Part shown: in pieces, positions 59,601 through 64,000 of the stretch
How the letters are laid out: every line of letters begins with the position of its first letter
Position numbering within the stretch: the first letter of the stretch is position 1
Source of the DNA: Malacoraja senta
Taxonomy: Eukaryota
Reading direction: 5' to 3'
Assembly: GCA_038087875.1 (NCBI GenBank)
Contig: JAXLNO010000544.1
Location: 1 to 64,000, forward strand
Length of the DNA stretch: 64,000 nucleotides
Notes under the pieces: model-generated
The model's database searches: none
What the model was told of the DNA's origin: nothing
Seen by the model: only the letters and a program-made list of their open reading frames with translations
Position numbers and translations under genes: made by a program

Positions 59601-60815
59601 ATACCCAGCAGGGGAATGCATTTTTGATCGAGGAGATAGAAGGTGAGGGGCCGAGAGGTCTGTAGAATCTTACAGCTTAGCGTGCCTTGCCCACAGGAGT
59701 AAGAATCTCCCCCCCGTAGGCATGCAAGATTGAGTTCTGAGAAAAAATCTGCTCATTAGTCCTTATCTGTTTGAAGAGTGATGTTGACATAACGTTCGCA
59801 ACTGCCCCCGTGTCAATCTTAGCAGTGAAGGTCGAGTTGTTCACAGTGACTCGCACAGAAGGGTCCGTTATCATAGCAGGTGCGCCCAACACAGTATACA
59901 AGCTGTCCTCCCCCTGAGAGGAGTTGGATTCAGAAACAGACTGTTTGTCGAAATAGCACTGGGAGCTGAGCTCACTATCAGTCTGTAAAATGTTGTTTAA
60001 ATTGCCCCTCGGAGCAGCGACAGGCTTCCCACGGGAGCGACAGGCCGCAGCGAAATGGTTCAATTTCTTGCAGACATTGCACGTTTTACCCAAGGCAGGG
60101 CACACATTGTATTGATGAGTGGTGAAGTTGCAATTAGGGCACCTTTGCCGGGCACCTCCCCCGGGAGCAGTACCGAACCCCGGGGCACGTCCCCCTTGAG
60201 CAGCGAGCGACCCCGGGGCCGCGACCGGGGCGTGTTCATCAGACGACTGGAAGTGCTGGCAAAGTTAATCGCCTGTTCACCCGGTGACACCGCCGAGGTG
60301 ACAGCTTCAGCTAAGCGGGTGGCGTGCATCGCATCGTTGAAAGTCAGATCGGGCTTGCGCAGAAGTTCGGCCCTGAGCTTATCATCGCGGAGACCGTAAA
60401 CAAGAAGGTCCCTGATAATCTCATCGGGGGTCCACGTGTGGAGGCGGCAGCGCCTGGCCAGGTGTCGCAGCGCAGAGACATAGTTCTCAGCAGATTCCCC
60501 AGGGAGCTGACGCCGCGCGAACAGTTTAAAACGTTCTAAGATGCAGTTTGTTGGAATATCACAAATAGCATTAAACTTAGCCACCAGACATACCGGGTCC
60601 CGAGCTGATTCTCCATCAGCGTAGACGAAGAAGTCAGAGCGAGTCAGGGCCTCGGGACCAGCCAAGTTGAGAAGCAGAGAGGCTTTGAGATCAGCGGTGG
60701 CGGCAGGATGAGCGATCGTGACATAGTGTTCAAAGTCACGTTTGAATACATCCCATCGAAGGGCGATGTCTAAATCGAAAACGAGCACATCAGGCTTACG
60801 GGCAGAAGTGGCCAT
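56662..60815 (-). pseudogene. Gypsy gag-pol polyprotein broken by two frameshifts and two TAG stops
   Basis: Gag MATSARKP...; knuckles CPNCNFTTHQYNVC and CNVCKKLNHFAAAC; protease IDTGA; RT LDAKSSFWQ, RMPFGI, IVDDIL; RNaseH CDASQFGLG, TDHQPL; IN SDNGSQF, SNGLAER. Stops at ~59039 and ~57830. Confidence 0.92.
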
Positions 60816-60911
60816 AACAAAGAAATAGGAGGGCGGGGGAAACAAAAAACTGGGACAAAATTAAATGATAAACCGATAGACAGGAGGCGCAAGGTAAGTG
60901 GTTTGACACCA

Positions 60912-61115
60912 TGTAAAGAAGCTATAACGAGGCATCGTTACTTTACTATCTTTATTCATACTGGAGCATTACATATTGCACTAGCTGTACGTGGTCTGTC
61001 ACAGGAACTAGAGAGCGATCTGTGGGTGGGGAGGTTGTAGTTATACTTGTGATATGGGGAGTGGTTAGTAGGTATGAGGTCACTATGTTAAAGGCACATG
61101 CATATATCATCTACA
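60912..61115 (-). repeat. 5' LTR (204 bp); PBS adjacent at ~60896-60911
   Basis: Differs from the other LTR by 3 substitutions and 1 indel (by eye). The minus strand reads TGGTGTCAAACC immediately inside the LTR. Confidence 0.95.
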
Positions 61116-61284
61116 CTAAAGGAATAGTTTACAACCACATTCTCGAACTACCAATGAAATGCTGAATATCCACTTTCAGGGAGCTATGTACTTTGAATCC
61201 TAAATCCCTCTGCTCTACAACCCTTCCCAGGGCCCGACCGTTCACTGTGAAGGCCCTGTTGTAGAGAAGTGGAAGCCCTCCTGT

Positions 61285-63330
61285 TGTAGAGAAGTGGAAG
61301 CTAGCCAATAATATAAGAGAGGATAGCAAAAATTTCTACGGATATATAAAGAGTAAAAAAGAGGCAAGAGTGGACGTTGGGCTGCTGGGGAATGATGCAG
61401 GAGAAGTGATAACAGGAAATTAAGAAATGGCTGAGGAGTTGCATAACTTTTTTTTGCATCAGTCTTAACAGTGGAAGACACCGGCAGTGTGCCTGCAATC
61501 CTAGAGAGTCAGGGGATGGAAGTTCGTGGAGTGGCGATTACTAAGGAGGTGGTTGAAAAACTGAAAGGTCTGTAGGTGGTAAGTCACCTGGACCGATGGA
61601 CTGCACCCCAAGGTTTTGAAGAAGGTGGACACAGAGATTGTGGAGGCATTAGTTGTGATATTTCAAGAATCACTAGAGTAAAGGGCCTGTCCCACTTTCA
61701 CGACCTAATTCACAACCTTTTTTACTCGTGGACATTTTTCATCATGCTAGAAAAACGCCCCAACCTACTTGATGCCACGAGTACCTACGACTAGCATCAC
61801 GACTTACCTACGACCTCTTGACGACCATGCTGTGGGTATGAGTCAAGGGCAAACTCGGCAGAGGTCGTGAATTAGGTCGTGAAAGTGGGACAGGCACTTT
61901 AGGAGTGGTTCCTGAAGATTGGAAAATTGTGAATATCACCCTGCTGATGGGAGCAAAGCAGAATAGCGGAAACTATAGGCTGGTTAGCCCGAATTCGGTG
62001 GTTGGTAAGATTTTCGAGTCAATTATAAAGGATGTGATGCAGTAATTGGAAGTTCATGATAAAATAGGCTGAAGTCAGCATGGTTTTGTGAAGGGAAGAT
62101 CTTGCCTGACAAATCTGCTGTTCTTTGAGGAAGTTAATAGCAGGACAGACAGTGGGGAGGCTGTAGATGTTGTTCGCCTATATTTTCAAAAGGCCTTCAA
62201 TTAAGTGCTACACGTCAGGCTACGAGGGACGATGAGAGCCCATGGTATTGAAGGGAAGATACTAGCATGGATAACGAGCGGGCTAGCTATATTGCAGAAG
62301 GGAAAGAGTTGGAATAAAAACCACTTTTTCAGGTTGGCTGCCAGTGACTAGTGGAGTTTCACACGGGTCTGTGCTGAGGACGCTTCTATTCACGTTGTAT
62401 ATTAACGTTTTGGATAATGGGATTGAAGGCTTTGTGGCCAGGTTTGCAGATGATGCTAAGATAGGTGGAGGGGCAGGCAGTGTAGAGGAAGCAAGGAGGC
62501 TGCAGAAGGACTTGGACAGATTAGGAGAGTGGGCGGAGAAGTGGCAGATGTAATTCAGTGAAGCAAAGTGCGGAGTCATGCATTTTGGTAATAATAATAA
62601 AGGCGTAGATTATTTTCTAAATGGAGAGAGAATTCAGAAATCGGTGCAAAGGGATTTGCAATTCTGCACCAGCACTCCCAAAAAGTTAAATTGTAAGTTG
62701 CATCGGTAGTAAGGAAGGCAAATCCAATGCTAGCATTTATATTAAGAGGACTGTAATACAAAAACATATAATGCTGAGGCTCTATAAGGCGCTGGTCAGG
62801 CTACATTTGTAGTACTGTGAGCAAATTTGGACATCATATCTGAGGAAGGATGTGCCGGCTCTGGAGAGGGTCCAGAGGCATTTTACAAGAATGATCCCAG
62901 GAATGAGTGGGTTAGCATATGACAGCATGGGCGTTTGACAGCACTGGGCCTGTACTCGCTGGAGTTTAGAATGTTGAGGGGGGACCTCATTGAAACTTAC
63001 AGAATAATGAAAGGCATAGATAGAATGGATGTGGAGAGGATGTTTCCACTGGTGGGAGAGTCTAGGACCAGAGGTCGTAGCCTCAGAATTAAAGAATTAA
63101 AAAGGTGAGGAGGAACTTCTTTAGTCAGAAGGTAGTTAATCTGTGGAACTCATTGCCAATGAGGGCTGTGGAGGCTGTCAGTGGATATTTTTAAGGCATA
63201 GATAAGTTCTTGATTAGAATGAGTGTCAAGGGTTATGGGGAGAAGACAGGAAAATGGGATTTGGTGGCAGATATCAACCATGATTGAATGGCGGAGTGGA
63301 CTCGATGGGCCGAATGGCCTAATTCTACTC
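61285..63330 (+). mobile_element. Degraded CR1 LINE ORF2 plus 3' end
   Basis: SPGPDG-like, EDWKI.N, QHGFVKGRSCLTNLL, FADDAKIGG, LQKDLDRLGEWAEKWQM, SRTRG motifs with many stops. Confidence 0.9.
61682..61898. mobile_element. PIF/Harbinger-like MITE (217 bp) inside CR1
   Basis: TIR AGGGCCTGTCCCACTTTCACGACCTAATTCAC / GTGAATTAGGTCGTGAAAGTGGGACAGGCACT; TAA and TTA flanks. Confidence 0.85.
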
Positions 63331-63709
63331 CTAGAACTTGTGAAAATTTTTGCATACAAATCTGCAAGACTATCCCCGTACATAACTACTATCGCCTCAG
63401 TGAGTGCAGTATTCACAGAGCAACTCACCGAGTCCATGTGCAAGAGGTGGAATTTATGTGCCATTTTACAGTCCCAGCTGCAGCTGGCCACAAAGGCCCG
63501 TTATAGCCATCTCCTCCATTTTGGTCATCTCGTGAACCGTCGTCCCTCTTCACGCCTGGCCTTCTTTAAACCTTTCCTCCCTGGGGCGGACCTCGAGGGC
63601 GTGGAAGGTTAGACCCTCCCGGTTCCTCTCACCAGGCCCTTTGTCCAGCGTCTGCCCCCATTGCCGTTTCCTTCCACTCCCTCTCTGATTCCCGATCCAT
63701 GTGGTGAGC

Positions 63710-64000
63710 AAGTCAAGTCAAGTCACATTTATTTATATAGCACATTTAAAAAACAACTCTCGTTGGCCAAAGTGCTTTACATTTGTTATAAGAATAGCAC
63801 AAACATAACAAACTACATACATATATACATGTAGCCCTCACTCAGAGGACGTCAGGAAAGGCTTGGGAGTATAGATAAGTCTTTAGTCTTGACTTAAAAG
63901 AGTCGATGGAGGGGGCGGTTCTGATGGGAAAGGGGATGCTGTTCCACAGTCTAGGGGCTGCAACCGCAAAGGCGCAGTCGCCCCTGAGCTTATGCCTCGA
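63710..64000 (-). mobile_element. L2-like LINE 3' end with (TTGAC)n tail, continuing past the right edge
   Basis: AAGTCAAGTCAAGTC followed by TTTATTTATATAGCAC, and GCTGTTCCACAGTCTAGGGGC, the reverse of an APRLWNS-type motif. Confidence 0.7.

Larger units (their letters stand above)
56390..61115 (-). mobile_element. Full-length Ty3/Gypsy LTR retrotransposon (Mag-like), 4726 bp, disabled
   Basis: TG...CA LTRs, 5-bp TSD CTAAA, PBS and PPT; order gag-PR-RT-RNaseH-IN; no env. Confidence 0.96.

Overview
Eukaryotic vertebrate genomic DNA. The repeat families (CR1, L2, Rex/Babar, Penelope pLTRs, HER1/V-SINE-like) suggest a cartilaginous fish, probably a skate or ray (inference). Bases 1-29193 are a G-rich, CpG-rich satellite with a 20-bp monomer (consensus GGCTGGCGTTGGGGTTTCGA). 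Its higher-order repeats grow with distance from the array edge: monomeric, then ~0.6-0.9 kb, ~2.5 kb and ~7.5 kb. All ORFs in it are artefacts. Bases 29.2-64 kb are transposon-dense and hold one orphan AGA exon (minus strand), a CpG-island promoter, and four exons of a NEIL3 copy (plus strand) with an early stop and frameshifts. Also present: a complete but disabled Gypsy (Mag-like) LTR element with TSD, PBS and PPT; a Penelope element with nested LINEs; non-autonomous DNA transposons; and many ~100-230 bp Penelope-derived palindromic inserts with minimal hammerhead ribozyme cores and TSDs. The best overall reading is a decaying AGA/NEIL3 segment beside a satellite block. I cannot support a new protein-coding system. 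Boundaries of degraded repeats are approximate.
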